NCBI GenBank assembly: GCA_964016885.1
Contig: OZ024766.1
Coordinates: forward strand, 13,826,001 to 13,890,000
Source of the DNA: Eledone cirrhosa
Taxonomy: Eukaryota
DNA length: 64,000 bases
Reading direction: 5' to 3'
Every line of letters starts with the position of its first letter. Positions within the stretch are counted from its first letter, which is position 1. The position numbers were made by a program, and so were the translations under genes. This document shows positions 1-12,507 of this stretch, piece by piece. Under the pieces are notes generated by a model. The model had not been told where the DNA came from, ran no database searches, and saw nothing but the letters and a program-made list of their open reading frames with translations.

Positions 1-628
1 CACAACATCCAGGCCGAAACAAATGAGATCGTGTAGGTGTCACGACAAAAAAACACACAGTCCACGCTGTAATGTGGCCGTGTAGGCAACACGGTAAAAA
101 CCTCCCAGCCCCACACTGTAAATGTGGTTGGTGTTAGGAAGGGCATCCAGCTGTAGAAAACCCGCCAGACAGTCCACGCTGTAATGTGGCCGTGTAGGAA
201 AACACGGTAAAAACCTCACAGCCCCACACTGTAAATGTGGTTGGTGTTAGGAAGGGCATTCAACAATCAGTAGGCATCTCTAACAAAATACACCCCCGTC
301 CCACCACCCCCACTCCATCCACACCGCCCCTTTCAATGTAAAGTTATGTTGGTGCCACAACATCCAGTCCTAAATAAATGAGGTTGTGTAGTTGTCACGA
401 CAAAAAAACACAGTCCACACTGTAATGTGGCCATGTAGGTAACACGGTAAAAACCACCCAGTTCCACACTGTAAACGTGGTTGGTGTTAGGAAGGGTACC
501 CAGCCATAGAAAACCCGCCAGACAGTCCTATGTGAGCAAGACAACCACTCTTGCCTCAAGTGGGAAAACTCCCGTCCAAACCCATGCAAGCGTGGACCAT
601 GGACGTTAAACGATGATGATGATGATGA
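1..628 (+). mobile_element. 3' UTR and (GAT)n tail of RTE-clade LINE (PHD-containing family)
   Basis: Matches the 3' UTR following the RT ORF at 49830-50570 and the reverse complement of 23158-23650. Internal ~110-bp duplications; ends ggacgttaaacgatgatgat. Confidence 0.9.
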
Positions 629-647
629 TATATATATTTGCGCATAC

Positions 648-1490
648 CATCCTGACTAGGACGTAGTCCAAAAGATGCCATTCCTTAGATGCAGGATGCA
701 TCCATGTGGTCTTGAATTTGTTCTTTTGTTGGAACATGGTGTTGGTAACACACAGATCCAGCTCCTCACACATCTGCAGCAGGAGCATACCATTATTGTT
801 ACACTTTCCCACCCCATGCCTTCCGATTACATTCCATGTGTTAAAATCCTTACCCACTCTAGCATTAAAGTCACCAAGCACGATGACTTTGTCTGCCTGA
901 GGGATATTTCTTAAAACACCTTTCAAGGCATGGTAAAAGGACACTTTTTCTTCATCGACAGAATTCATAGTTGGAGCATACACACTCACCAGGGTCGCAT
1001 ATCTTCCTTTGTCCAGCGGAACTCTCATGTACATAAGACGCTCACTAATCCCTACTGGGAATTCTACTAATTTATTCACAAGTACAGTCTTAACAGCAAA
1101 TCCTACCCCAGCCTCTCTTCTGGTTCCTTCATCTCTTCCTTTCCAAAAGAATGTATATTCTCCACAAAATTCCGTAAGATGACCATCTCCAGCTAACCTC
1201 GTCTCAGATAAAGCCACGATGTCAAGATCGTAACGTCGAAGCTCCTTTGCAACAAGAGCGGTCCTTCGTTCAGGACGCTCCAAGGAATCCCTGTCAAGCA
1301 GCGTCCGTACGTTCCAGCAGCCAAGACTAAATGCCTTGTTTGGCTCTATTACAATGGCACGATGACGAGCGGGCCCCGGCTGTGATAACCTGGGACCCCT
1401 GCCCTTATTGCCAATTATCTTTTTCGTTCCAGAACCTAAATTGCCAATTATCTCTTTTATATTGTTCTGGAACATCATTGAATTGGAAGA
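648..1490 (-). mobile_element. 5' part (APE endonuclease) of RTE/BovB-like LINE
   Basis: ORF 606..1478 has APE motifs WNVRTL, ALSETR, SVYAPT, LGDFNARVG and LDYVLV, and breaks off after LVRM. Confidence 0.92.
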
Positions 1491-1491
1491 A

Positions 1492-2538
1492 AAAAAAAAA
1501 TAATAATAATAATAGTAACAATAATAATAATGATTTCATTTATTAGCCACAAGGGCCGACATGTAGGGGACAATACAAAGACAGGGACAGTGGGGGTTTA
1601 CAATAAGGTCGAGTAAAAGTGCACAATGGCAAGTCTAATTTAACAATGAAGATATAAAAATATAAAATAAACTATGCATAAATATAACAAAATAAATTCC
1701 CCGATAGGGGTGGACGACCCTGGGGTGATTTGGGTACCCCACCAATCCTGAAGCACCCTGCGCTTCTAGGGCACCCAGGGAGAGCACCCCTCTCCTCAAG
1801 TTAGCTAGCCTATAGGCGCATGGTCAGAGTAGGCCCATTCACACGAGCCATTCTCGCCACATTCACCCACCTTTTAGCAAATGTACTGGGGGGCAGCACT
1901 TCTCTCTCCACCCTCACCTTCCTTTCCAGGTGAAACTTGAAGAAGTTGATGAGGGATTGGCTGAAGAGAAAAGTGTCTGTCTTTAGTCCTTTCAACCTGG
2001 TCCACCATATAATCTCTTTCTCAACTTCCACCAGACAGAGGAAATGTCCTGCTCTTTCTGACCTAAGGAAGGCGGTGGATCGATCTTCACTATGGACTCG
2101 GCCGATAGCCGGATTCGTTCCACACGTGACAGTAGCTGTTCGACATAACTCCACAAGTCAGTAATGCACGGACATTGGACAAGTGCGTGCAGAACGGTTT
2201 CGTCGTTCTGTGCGCATCTTGTGCAGGTCCGTCTGACAGCACTTCCGTGCCTGTAGAGTTTATCCCGAACCGGCAGTGCCCCCCGGTAGCACTGCCAAGC
2301 GAGGGATTTCTGGAAATTGTCCATCGCCCCTGGCTCAAAAGTCCTCCGGTACAGACTGGTCAGTTCGACTTCGTCGAGGCCCAAAGCTTCTCCGAGTGCG
2401 TCATTGCACTTGCCCACCACTAATCCTCTATAGAACTCGAGAGTGGAAGTTCCACTGATCGCATTGCCCGCTTGGTAGAGGGCAGTGAGTGCCTGGCAAC
2501 ATTCCAGGTGCCAGTCACCCAGTCTCGGTCTCTTCTTG
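1492..2538 (-). mobile_element. 5'-truncated Tx1/L1-clade LINE 3' end (zf-RVT), frameshifted
   Basis: ALPVRDKL...CTRCAQNDETVLHALVQC (CCHC zf-RVT); AATAAA followed by an (ATT)n tail on the minus strand near 1500-1545. Confidence 0.85.
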
Positions 2539-2806
2539 CTAGTACAGCGTTCCTTTGTCAGTGTTGAACAAACGAGCAACGATGGTTGCTGGACACTATG
2601 GCTTCATGCGGGATGTTTGTTTACAAACACACCGAGCATTATAATAAATGTTCGGTGAATCCATACGTACATATATATATGTGTGCATGTATGCATATAT
2701 ATATATACATACTACTGTACGTCTGTATACATATATGTATGTACGTGTACATACTTATATTTAAGTAACAGCCGTACTAAGAGTGGGAAATGAAATTTCG
2801 TTTCAT
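2539..2806 (+). mobile_element. Diverged fragment of the ~442-bp hammerhead-containing repeat family
   Basis: Similar to 33830-34050 and continues into the reverse complement of 33410-33465; starts at CTAGTA (hammerhead stem III/cleavage triplet). Confidence 0.7.
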
Positions 2807-2817
2807 TTTTTTCCGTT

Positions 2818-2875
<58 letters not shown>

Positions 2876-2876
<1 letters not shown>

Positions 2877-4360
2877 AAGGTAAAGGGGATGCTCTGGAGA
2901 GGAGCAATTATAGGGGCATAAAGCTGATGGATCAGGTTATGAAAGTGGCAGAGAGAATATTAGCGCAACTGATTAGAGAAAGGGTCAATTTAGATGAGAT
3001 GCAGTTTGGTTTTGTGCCTCGGAAAAGTACAACAGATGCCCTCTTCTTAGTGAGGAAACTACAAGAGAGGTTCTTAGAGAAGAACAAGCAACTATACTTA
3101 GCTTTTGTTGACCTAGAGAAGGCCTTTGATAGGTACCCCGATCTGTCATCTGGTGGTCCCTAAGGAAACTAGGTGTAGAGGAATGGCTTGTGAGGACAGT
3201 GCAAGCTAAGTACAGGGGTGCTGTCAGTAAAGTGAGAATAGGAATGGAGTTTAGTGAGGAATTGCAGATGCAAGTAGGTGTAAATCAAGGTTCGGTCCTC
3301 AGCCCACTCTTGTTCATTATAGTCCTCCATACCATAACAGAGGAGTTTAAGATTGGATGCCCATGGCAACTTCTCTATGCTGATGATCTGGTTCTTATAG
3401 CATAATCAGTAGAGGAGCTAGAGAATAAATTCTGCCTATGGAAACAGTAGTTGGAATCAAGAGGCCTGAGAGTGAACATAGCTAATACAAAAGTGTTGAT
3501 GAGTAGAAAAGAGGACAATACTCTGATTCCATCAGAGAAATGGCCATGTTCGATATGTAGGAAAGGAACTGGCATAAATTCCATAAAATGCAGATCTTGG
3601 GTACACAAGAGATGTAGTGGGATAGTAGGCAAACTAACAGGTAGGGAAAACTACATATGCAGTAGATGTACAGGGACATTTGACAGTAGGAGTCGCAGTG
3701 ATAGACACATTTTTCAAATACAGGTGGGTTCTATAGAAGTGGTTGATAGCTTCCGGTACCTAGGTGATCAGATTAGCATGGGAGGGGGATGTTCCAAGGC
3801 TATAGTCTCCATAATAAAGACGAGTTGGAAGAAGTTTAGGGAGCTGCTTTCTCTGTTGACAAAGAAGGGTTTCTCCCTGCATACGAAAGGGCGGTTATAT
3901 GATGCCTGTGTGAGATGCGCGATGCTGCATGATAGTAAGACATGGGCAGCAACTGCAGAAGATATGCACGGCTGGAGAGAAATGAAGCAAGCATGCTCTG
4001 TTGGATGTGCAATGTCAATGTGTGTGAACGACCAAACATAGACGAGTTGAGAAAGAAACTGGGTATAAGCGGGATAAGTTGGGTGTGCAAGAGAGAAGAC
4101 TGAGATGGTATGGACATGTGATGCGCATGGAGGATGACCCCTGGGTAAAGAAGTGCCAAGAAATCCCAGCAGAAGGAAGATGCAGAAGAGGTAGACCACG
4201 TAAAACATGGGCGGAGGTGGTGAGAGAAAACCTGAGATCACTGAAATTCACAGAGGAGATGACGGAGAACCGTGACAAGTGGAGAGATGCTGTGCTGAAT
4301 AAGACCCATCCCATCCTTGCAAGCAGGGAAAAACGGACGTATGATGATGATGATGATGAT
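2876..4360 (+). mobile_element. 5'-truncated degenerate RTE LINE (RT, partial PHD, GAT tail)
   Basis: Fragmented ORFs with FVDLEKAFDR, GVNQGSVLSP, LYADDL, WPCSICRKG and RLRWYGHV; (GAT)n tail at ~4342-4360. Confidence 0.92.
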
Positions 4361-4537
4361 ATATATATATATACTAGTATTCAAGTGTTTAGGGAGAGAC
4401 CGATAACATTGTTAGAACTCATTGCAGCCTTGAAGAGATGGTTTCAACAAGATTGGGTGGTGAAAGTTATAGTTTTCGTAGAAGGATCTCATCACATAAG
4501 GTTCCTTCAAAGATTCCTCTAGAGTTACAGAGTCATT

Positions 4538-4842
4538 TATATATATGTGTGTGTTTTGAACAATGAAAATAAAACTTGAGACAAAGATATGTTCTTAATT
4601 AGTTCATTGTTTTACGGTCATTTCAGAGGTTTGATTGATCATGGTTGATTGATGTATTGACAAACAGGTAGTTGTTATGTCACTAACTATTTCTAGTCTC
4701 AAAATACCTGATCAATCACACCATATCAATATATTGATTTACCATGATCAATCAACCCTCTGAAACGATCGTAAACAATGAACCATATCTCAGACTTTTG
4801 TTTTATTTTCAATGTTCAATACCCACAAACACACATATATAA
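4538..4842. repeat. Imperfect inverted repeat (MITE- or Penelope-end-like)
   Basis: Arms ~4540-4645 and ~4740-4840 are reverse complements (e.g. ttgattgatcatggt / accatgatcaatcaa); a related arm lies at 5460-5535. Confidence 0.65.
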
Positions 4843-4884
4843 TTGATAATTTCTTTGAAATAATTTATGAGACTTGTGGCTGGA

Positions 4885-6568
4885 ACAAAGTACCAGCCAG
4901 ACAGAGGGGGACCTAGTGGTGAAACAGCACAGTAGATAGAGCTATTAACCCTGTAGCATTTACATTACTGTATATTTACTATTATATATTCATGGTAAAG
5001 TCTTTATCTCACATAATATTGAATCTATGAGACTTTGATATTACTAATTTTGAGGACAATACATTAACATCAATATGAGCTGCGAGTTACAGCCGGTTTG
5101 AACAGAAAGATGTGAGAGAACTTTGGCTGGATACGGCCAGTTTAAATGATAAAGGGTTAAAGATAAGTGACAGGCATGGAAAGACTGGAAAAATAAGGGT
5201 ATCAGACAAGGACCAGGTAGCTAAGAGAGAAGCTAGAAGACAGGTATACATAACACAGAGAGAGGCTGAAAAAAGAAAGTTTGCCAAAGTCTTGAGACGT
5301 GAGAATGAGAGGTGTGAAGTGTTCCACATTGCAAGACAGGGAAAGGTGTGTTAGAAATGACACTGGTACACTTAGCACCACTGATGCTAAAATGAAAGAG
5401 GCCTAGAAATGTTACTATGAGAGATTGATGAATGTAGAGAATAAATTAAGAAGCAATCTTAGACTTTTGTTTTATGTTCATTGTTCAACACACATACACA
5501 TATAATTGACATTCTCTTTGAAATTACTGATGAAACTTGTTAGTGACACAACTACAAAAGAGGTTCCTAGCCAAGATTAAGCTGCAATATTTAGCTTTTA
5601 TAGATCTAGAAAAGGCCTTTGGCAGAGTACCTTACTCTGTTATCTGGTGGTCCTTCAGAAATTTAGGTGAAGAATGGCTTGTGAGAGCAGTGCAAGCCAT
5701 GTACAGAGGAGCTGTCAGTAAAGTGAGAGTAGGAAGGGAGTTTAGTGAAGAATTCAATGTACAGGTAGGTGTTCATCATGGTTCAGTTCACAACCCACTG
5801 CTGTTCATCATAGATCTCCAGGCCATAACCAATGGGTTTAAGACTGGCTGTTCACCGGAAACAGTCTATGTGAATGATCTGGTCCTTATAGCTGACTCCA
5901 TAAAAGAACTAGAGAATAAGTGACCCTACTGCATATGTAGAAAAGGAGTAGGCATAAATTGTACACAATGATAGCTTCCGCTATCTAGGTAACCTAATTA
6001 GCAGCGGAGGAGGGTGCTTCATAAGAGAGGATAGGATTGAAGTTTAGAGAGCTACTTCCACTGTTGGCAAATAAAGTTTCTCCCTACGTACAAAAATGTT
6101 GGCTGTACAATGCCTGTGTGTAAAGTGCAATACTGCATGGAAGTGACACATGGGCAGTAACTAAAGAAGACATGCATAAGCTGGAGAGAAATGGAGCAAC
6201 CATGCTTCGTTGGATGTGCAACGTAAATGGGAGAGGAAGGCAGAGCTGGGATAAAATGAGGAAGAAATTGGACATCAGAGGAAACCGAAGTGGTGTTCAA
6301 GAGAGAAGACTGCTTTGGTAGGGATATGTGATATCCATGGATGGTGATCACTGGTTAAAGAAGTGCCACGGAATACCAGAAGAGTGAAGCCATACTAGAG
6401 GTAGACCAAGGAAGACCAGGGTAGATGTGGTGAGAGCTGATCTCAAATTGCTGAGAATCACAGAGGAGATAACGAAGGAACAAGCGAGTGGGGAGATGTT
6501 GTGCTGAAAAGAACCCATCCAACCCATGCCAGGATTGAAAAACGGACGTAAAACTATGATGATGATGT
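4885..6568 (+). mobile_element. Old fragmented RTE LINE, interrupted by MITEs
   Basis: Translations QVAKREARRQVY, FIDLEKAFGRVP and GVHHGS, plus a terminal ggacgtaaaa...gatgat tail. Confidence 0.85.
4949..5156. mobile_element. piggyBac-type MITE with TTAA target duplication
   Basis: TTAA|CCCTgtagcattta ... taaatgataaAGGG|TTAA; removing it rejoins RTE coding sequence. Partial copies at 42755-42950. Confidence 0.8.
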
Positions 6569-6627
6569 AGATGAAGTATATTAACTCTAAACAGATTTCG
6601 ACTAAAACGAACAAAACTTCCCTGAAA

Positions 6628-6950
6628 CAACAGGGTACAGCTAAATATAAACTATATTTTATAATGTAAGGTAGTGAACGAGATAATTAAATAGACGGAG
6701 GTAACTTAGATAATAAAAATATCTTTAATTTACTTAAAGCAATAACAAGGTACAGCTAAATATAAACTATATTTTATAATGTAAAGTAGTGAACCACATA
6801 ATTAAATAGACGGAGGCAATTTAAATAATAAAGATATCTTTAATTTACTTAAAGCAATAACAAGGTACAGTTAAATATAAACTATATTTTATAATGTAAG
6901 GTAGTGAACCACATAATTAAATAGACGGAGGTAATTTAAATAATAAAGAC
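6628..6950. repeat. 115-bp tandem repeat, ~3 copies (~4 copies at 56510-56940)
   Basis: ggtacag recurs at 6634, 6749 and 6864. Confidence 0.9.
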
Positions 6951-7287
6951 AGTCATGATAATATATTTTATATCACATGTAACAGTGGAATCGGTTAATT
7001 ACTGGATCGTTGAAGAGTTCACGTAACTCTATAATTTACACACATTAATATAGACATTAAGTAAATCTTTGTCAACTGTACATGGCTTGCACTGCTCTCA
7101 CAAGCCATTCTTCTACACCTAAAAGCGGAAGAGGAGGCGCTCCATTTGTGTCAGAGTTGGGCCGGGGCAATATTTCCCAATTCCACTTAATTCCATTAAA
7201 TATTCAATCTTGGTCGAAATAAATATTTTCATCGGTGACGATCTGTACAACCAATAATAGTAGGAGTCACGTTACATGATATATATA

Positions 7288-7364
7288 CAGGGTGTCCCTA
7301 AAATATGTATACACATTTACATAGACTGTAGTTGAAGTGTGTATACATGTTTGGAGAGACCCTG
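7288..7364. mobile_element. Tc1/mariner-type mini-MITE
   Basis: TA|CAGGGTGTCCC.AAAATATGTATACAC ... GTGTATACATGTTTGGAGAGACCCTG|TA; terminal inverted repeats with TA flanks. Copy at 57277-57353. Confidence 0.7.
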
Positions 7365-8254
7365 TATATATTTTATATATACATATATATGTTAAAAGAT
7401 GATTGATATATATATCTACACTCAAATGTATATTTATATATATATAAATATATATATATAAATATATGTATATATATATAAAGATATATATACTCTTACG
7501 TGTATACGTCTGAAAATGTATATATGTATGTAAACACATACCTAAACATACATGTATACATATAGATGGACAGTTATACATATACAATAACTTATTTCTA
7601 TACATATACCACAAGGCATGGAGCTGCCAACTAACCAGACCTCCCTCATAATGGACCAGCTAGATCCCAAAATACAGGCCTGCTAGCCAACACACAGTCC
7701 CAATAAGTGTAAACTACAGCGCAGCTATCTGGACAGACTTGTCTTAAGACTACACATTATCCCACTACATCTTTTGTATACTATATATATACTGTATATA
7801 TACTGTTTATATATATATACACACACACATATAATTGTGTATTCACACATTATCTTAGTAATGAAATAATAATTTTAGTAAATTGTTCAAAATTCTTCAT
7901 TAACCCTTTTGGTAGAAACCCAGCCAAAATAGGTTCTCCTTCTATGGAAATGGTTCCTATCTAAATTAAAGTCTTCCAACGAAATTCTATATAACAACCA
8001 TATGTTAAGTTACTATGTTAGTAATTAACTAACAATTGTGATAAATAGCTCATAATCATTCATAATTAATTGAAATACAAGGTTCATAATTATAATAAAA
8101 TCTTCAAATAGGCTACGAAGCCGGTAAACCTTAAAGGTACGCAACACACACGTCGCTATAGCGTTTCACCAGCCCCCTCCTTCCTCAATCATTACATAGA
8201 TGTGTGTGTATGTAATAATTATTTTGTATTGTGTGTCTATTTATGAATATGTAT

Positions 8255-8690
8255 GTGTAGATGTGTGTGTGTGTAACACAGTAGATGTGTGTGTGTGTGT
8301 AACACAGTAGATGTGTGTGTATGTAACACAGTAGATGTGTGTGTATGTAACACAGTAGATGTGTGTGTATGTATCACAGTAGATGTGTGTGTATGTAACT
8401 CAGCAGATGTGTGTGTGTAACACAGTATATGTATATAACACACTAGATGTGTGTATATATAACACAGTAGATGTATATATATAACACATAGATGTGTGTA
8501 TATATAAAACAGTAGATGTGTATATATAACACAGTAAATGTATATGTAACAGTAGATGTGTGTATATAACATAGTAGATGTGTTATATGTAACACAGTAG
8601 ATCTGTGTGTATGTAACACAGTACATGTGTGTATGTAACACAGTACATGTATGTATGTAACACAGTAGATGTGTGTGTATGTAACTAAAG
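8255..8690. repeat. ~20-24-bp minisatellite (gtaacacagtagatgtgtgtgtat)
   Basis: Direct tandem array visible in the sequence. Confidence 0.95.
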
Positions 8691-9214
8691 TGTAACGTAC
8701 GTTACGAATGGACAACTAAAAGATTTTAACTTGTTTTTTTAACAATTGAGGGTGGAAAAAAATTTAAATTGTCTCAATTCAGACCAGAAAGGGCCGCAAC
8801 ACACGGTGTTTGACACACTTACCGGCTACATAGCCTCGGAGTCTATTTTACTGAGACCGGCTACACATCTTCTTCCTAAAATCTTCCAACATAATTTTAT
8901 ACAAGAACCACATGTTAAGTTACTAATAAAATAATTAATAATTAAAAACTTCAGTAAATCCTTCAAATGATATCTCAGTAATGAAATAATTAATAATTGT
9001 TATAAATACCTCAAAATTCCTCATTAATTAAACCCAAGACAGGTAAAAACTCCAGAGTCTTTCAATCGGACATGAAACAAATTAATTTCTAATGGAAGAA
9101 GTAAAGATTGTAAAGTCAGCCAAGGGAGATCACTCTCAGCGACTTATCGTAATTCTTGTTCCTGAATTAATCCGGATTAAAATATTCCGGTGTATTTTGT
9201 GTGGAGGAAACCGG

Positions 9215-9540
9215 ATTTAGGCGGTGATAGCACGCAGTACATGAACGTATGGTTCGTGAGTTCGAATCCCAGACCGGGTGGTCTGTACGTTGGGGCCTTG
9301 AACAAGACACTTTATTTCTCATTGTTTTATTTCACCCAGCTGGCAAAAATAATAAGTTGTAATAATTATAGTGGAAACGTTGTTACATAGAATTGTCACA
9401 CTGAATCTCCCTGAGAAGAATGTCAACGGTATACGTGTCAATGAAATACTCAGACACATTATAATATAAGATGGGTTCTACATGTATTTCAAAGGGAAGC
9501 CATGCCATACGTCTTGCTGAATCTCCCTGAGAACTACGTA
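9215..9540 (+). mobile_element. Degenerate tRNA-derived CORE-like SINE
   Basis: B box gagttcgaatccc, then ccttgaacaagacactttattt as in the SINE at 46755. Confidence 0.65.
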
Positions 9541-9547
9541 TATACTA

Positions 9548-10675
9548 GTGACTATCAGACATAGTGTATCTAGGATTACATTATCTAATGTACAGTACAG
9601 TAGTTAGTATTAGTGGCTATAAGACATAGTATATCTAGGACTACATTATCTAATGTACAGTATAGAAATTAGTATTACTGGCTATAAGACATAGTGTAAC
9701 TAGGACTACATTATCTAATGTACAGTATAGAAATTAGTATTAATGGCTATCAGACATAGTGTACCTAGGACTACATTATCTAATGTACAGTATAGTGTCT
9801 ATCAGACATAGTGTATCTAGGACTACATTATCTAATGTACAGTATAGTGGCTATCAGACATAGTGTACCTCGGACTACATTATCTAATGTACAGTATAGT
9901 GGCTATCAGACATAGTGTATCTAGGACTACATTATCTAATGTACAGTATAGTGTCTATCAGACATAGTGTATCTAGGATTACATTATCTAATGTACAGTA
10001 TAGTAGCTATTAGACATAGTGTACCTAGGACTACATTATCTAATGTACAGTATAGTGGCTATCAGACATAGTGTATCTAGGACTACATTGTCTAATGTAC
10101 AGTATAGTGGCTATCAGACATAGTGTACCTAGGACTACATTATATAATGTACAGTATAGTGGCTATCAGACATAGTGTACCTAGGACTACATTGTCTAAT
10201 GTACAGTATAGTGGCTATCAGACATAGTGTATCTAGGACTACATTATATAATGTACAGTGTAGTGGCTATCAGACATAGTGTACCTAGGACTACATTGTC
10301 TAATGTACAGTATAGTGGCTATCAGACATAGTGTATCTAGGACTACATTATCTAATGTACAGTATAGTGGCTATCAGACATAGTGTACCTAGGACTACAT
10401 TGTCTAATGTACAGTATAGTAGCTATCAGACATAGTGTATCTAGGACTACATTGTCTAATGTACAGTATAGTGGCTATCAGACATAGTGTACCTAGGACT
10501 ACATTGTCTAATGTACAGTATAGTGGCTATCAGACATAGTGTATCTAGGACTACATTATCTAATGTACAGTATAGTGGCTATCAGATAGTGTACCTAAGA
10601 CTACATTATATAATGTACAGTATAGTGGCTATCAGACATAGTGTACCTAGGACTACATTATCTAATGTACTATAT
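9548..10675. repeat. 52-bp tandem satellite, ~21 copies (~13 copies at 61290-61990)
   Basis: Unit ctatcagacatagtgtatctaggactacattatctaatgtacagtatagtgg, with no unique spacers. Confidence 0.95.
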
Positions 10676-10717
10676 AGCAGTTAGTATTTGTGGCTATCAT
10701 TATTATAGACTTCAAGT

Positions 10718-10884
10718 CGGTAGAGGGTCAGACGCCATGCTTTCCAGCATAGTTACGTACCTTTACGATCTGAGTTCAAATCCCGCCGAGGTTGACTTTG
10801 TCTTTCATCCTTAGGGGGTCGATAAAATAAAGTACCAGTAATGCACTGGGTAATTGCTGGTCTTGTGCCTAAAGTAGAAACAAT
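10718..10884 (+). mobile_element. tRNA-derived SINE with Meta/Sauria-like central motif, 5'-truncated, with target duplication
   Basis: B box gagttcaaatccc; ctttcatcctt...ggtcgataaaataaagtaccag; flanked on both sides by attattatagacttcaagt. Confidence 0.8.
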
Positions 10885-11318
10885 TATTATAGACTTCAAG
10901 TAAATCTTTGTCAACTTACCTCCTTCACATATAATCAATGTGTCGTGTTGTTAGTTGTTACTAAACAACCAAAGAAATAATCTCTTTGTTATCAAATTAA
11001 AAGTTTCAATGTTATCAGCTTTATTTCACGACATTAACGTTGGTGTATCTTCTTCATCTTTAGTCATGAATTGATATCTTGTCAGAATGAAGTAGTGAGG
11101 CTGACTTTATGTCTTTAGCTACAGATTTGATAGGAAATATATATAGATTAGGTTGAGATGTGGTCTAAAATATATATATTGTCTATAAATGACTGATAGC
11201 AGATGTTCTGGTGAAATAGTAGTTTTACTACTACAGATTGTAATGGAACTCTTAGTAGACACAATTGTAAAGTAAGAATAGATATGACAGTGTAAGACTG
11301 ATGTCGGGGAAATAAACT

Positions 11319-11387
<69 letters not shown>

Positions 11388-11419
11388 GTTACACAAGATA
11401 TAATTAGATTAATTAAAGT

Positions 11420-11610
11420 TATAATTGTTTCTACTTTAGGCACAAGGCCAGCAATTACCCAGTGCATTACTGGTACTTTATTTTATCGACCCCGTAAGGA
11501 TGAAAGGCAAAGTCAACCTCGGCAGGATTTGAACTCAGATCGTAAAGGGACGTAACTATGCTGGAAAGCATGGCGTCCGACCCTCTACCGATACTGCCAA
11601 TTCACCGCAA
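11420..11610 (-). mobile_element. Same SINE family, inverted relative to the 10718 copy
   Basis: Reverse complement of 10718-10884, extended by a tRNA-like head. Confidence 0.8.
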
Positions 11611-11839
11611 TGAAGGCAGCAGGTACTCGGTGTCGTTGTGCATGTTTCAACTCTCTTCCTGGTGTCATACGTTAAAAGTCCCTGATATAATTTAATACCT
11701 TCAGACACAGTTCCAATCGTTTTTAGTTTATTGTAAATCAGAATGTATCACTCAATAAAATATCAATTATATATCAATAAGAAAACCTCTAGGTAGTCTC
11801 ACTGACTGCTAGAAATAGCAGCGATATTACCCATTACAA

Positions 11840-12250
11840 CTGCTCTCTCTCTCTATATATATATATATATACACACATATATGTACGTATGTATGTATAT
11901 GTGTATATATGTGTATGAATGAGTGTGTATGTGTGTATATGTGTACATAGGGTTTTGGTATATGTACGTTTGGTGAACATATGTGTATTTACCTGTAGGT
12001 ATGTGTGAGTGTGCGTTCTATACGCATTTATGCGTGTATATTTATATATGTATTTATAATTATATGTATATATACACACACAAACATATATTTATATGTG
12101 TATTTGGTGCATACAATCGTATGTGTGCGGGTATATGTGTTGCGCCGGTTTACGTCCGTGTGCGCCTGTTTATGTGTACGTATATGTATATGCATGCATG
12201 CCGTGACTTTTCGCATATGCTCGTGTATAAATGTGTGTATGTATATATTT
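11840..12250. repeat. Degenerate (TG/TA)n low-complexity tract
   Basis: Compound dinucleotide repeats; the ORFs here are spurious. Confidence 0.85.
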
Positions 12251-12507
12251 AATTATTATTACTTTTATGATTTTAATGACATCTGTCATTTTCGTTCAAC
12301 TAATTTATTTACATTATTCTGGACTCCGAAGCCGAGCATCATTCAGTTTCCTTAATAGAATATTAGTCTACGACTCCATTTACACCATAAACGTGGTTTT
12401 GTCTTTACGTGTAATTGTTGTCACCGCTCCACATAACGACGTATTATCTTCTTTTTCCCGTTCATTGCCAGGGAACGTCTTCACGAATCAAAGCATAAAT
12501 TATTTTC

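Noticed and set aside
4460-4500. GTGATGA...GAAA hammerhead-like motif on the minus strand
   Set aside because: The core C is missing and stem II is weak.
9548-10675. CRISPR-like regular array
   Set aside because: The 52-bp units are contiguous with no unique spacers, there are no cas genes, and the context is eukaryotic; it is a satellite.
10914-11120. Possible extra host exon ending TLIICEG with a perfect AG|GTAAGT donor on the minus strand
   Set aside because: The candidate acceptors I tried give in-frame stops; at best a decayed exon.
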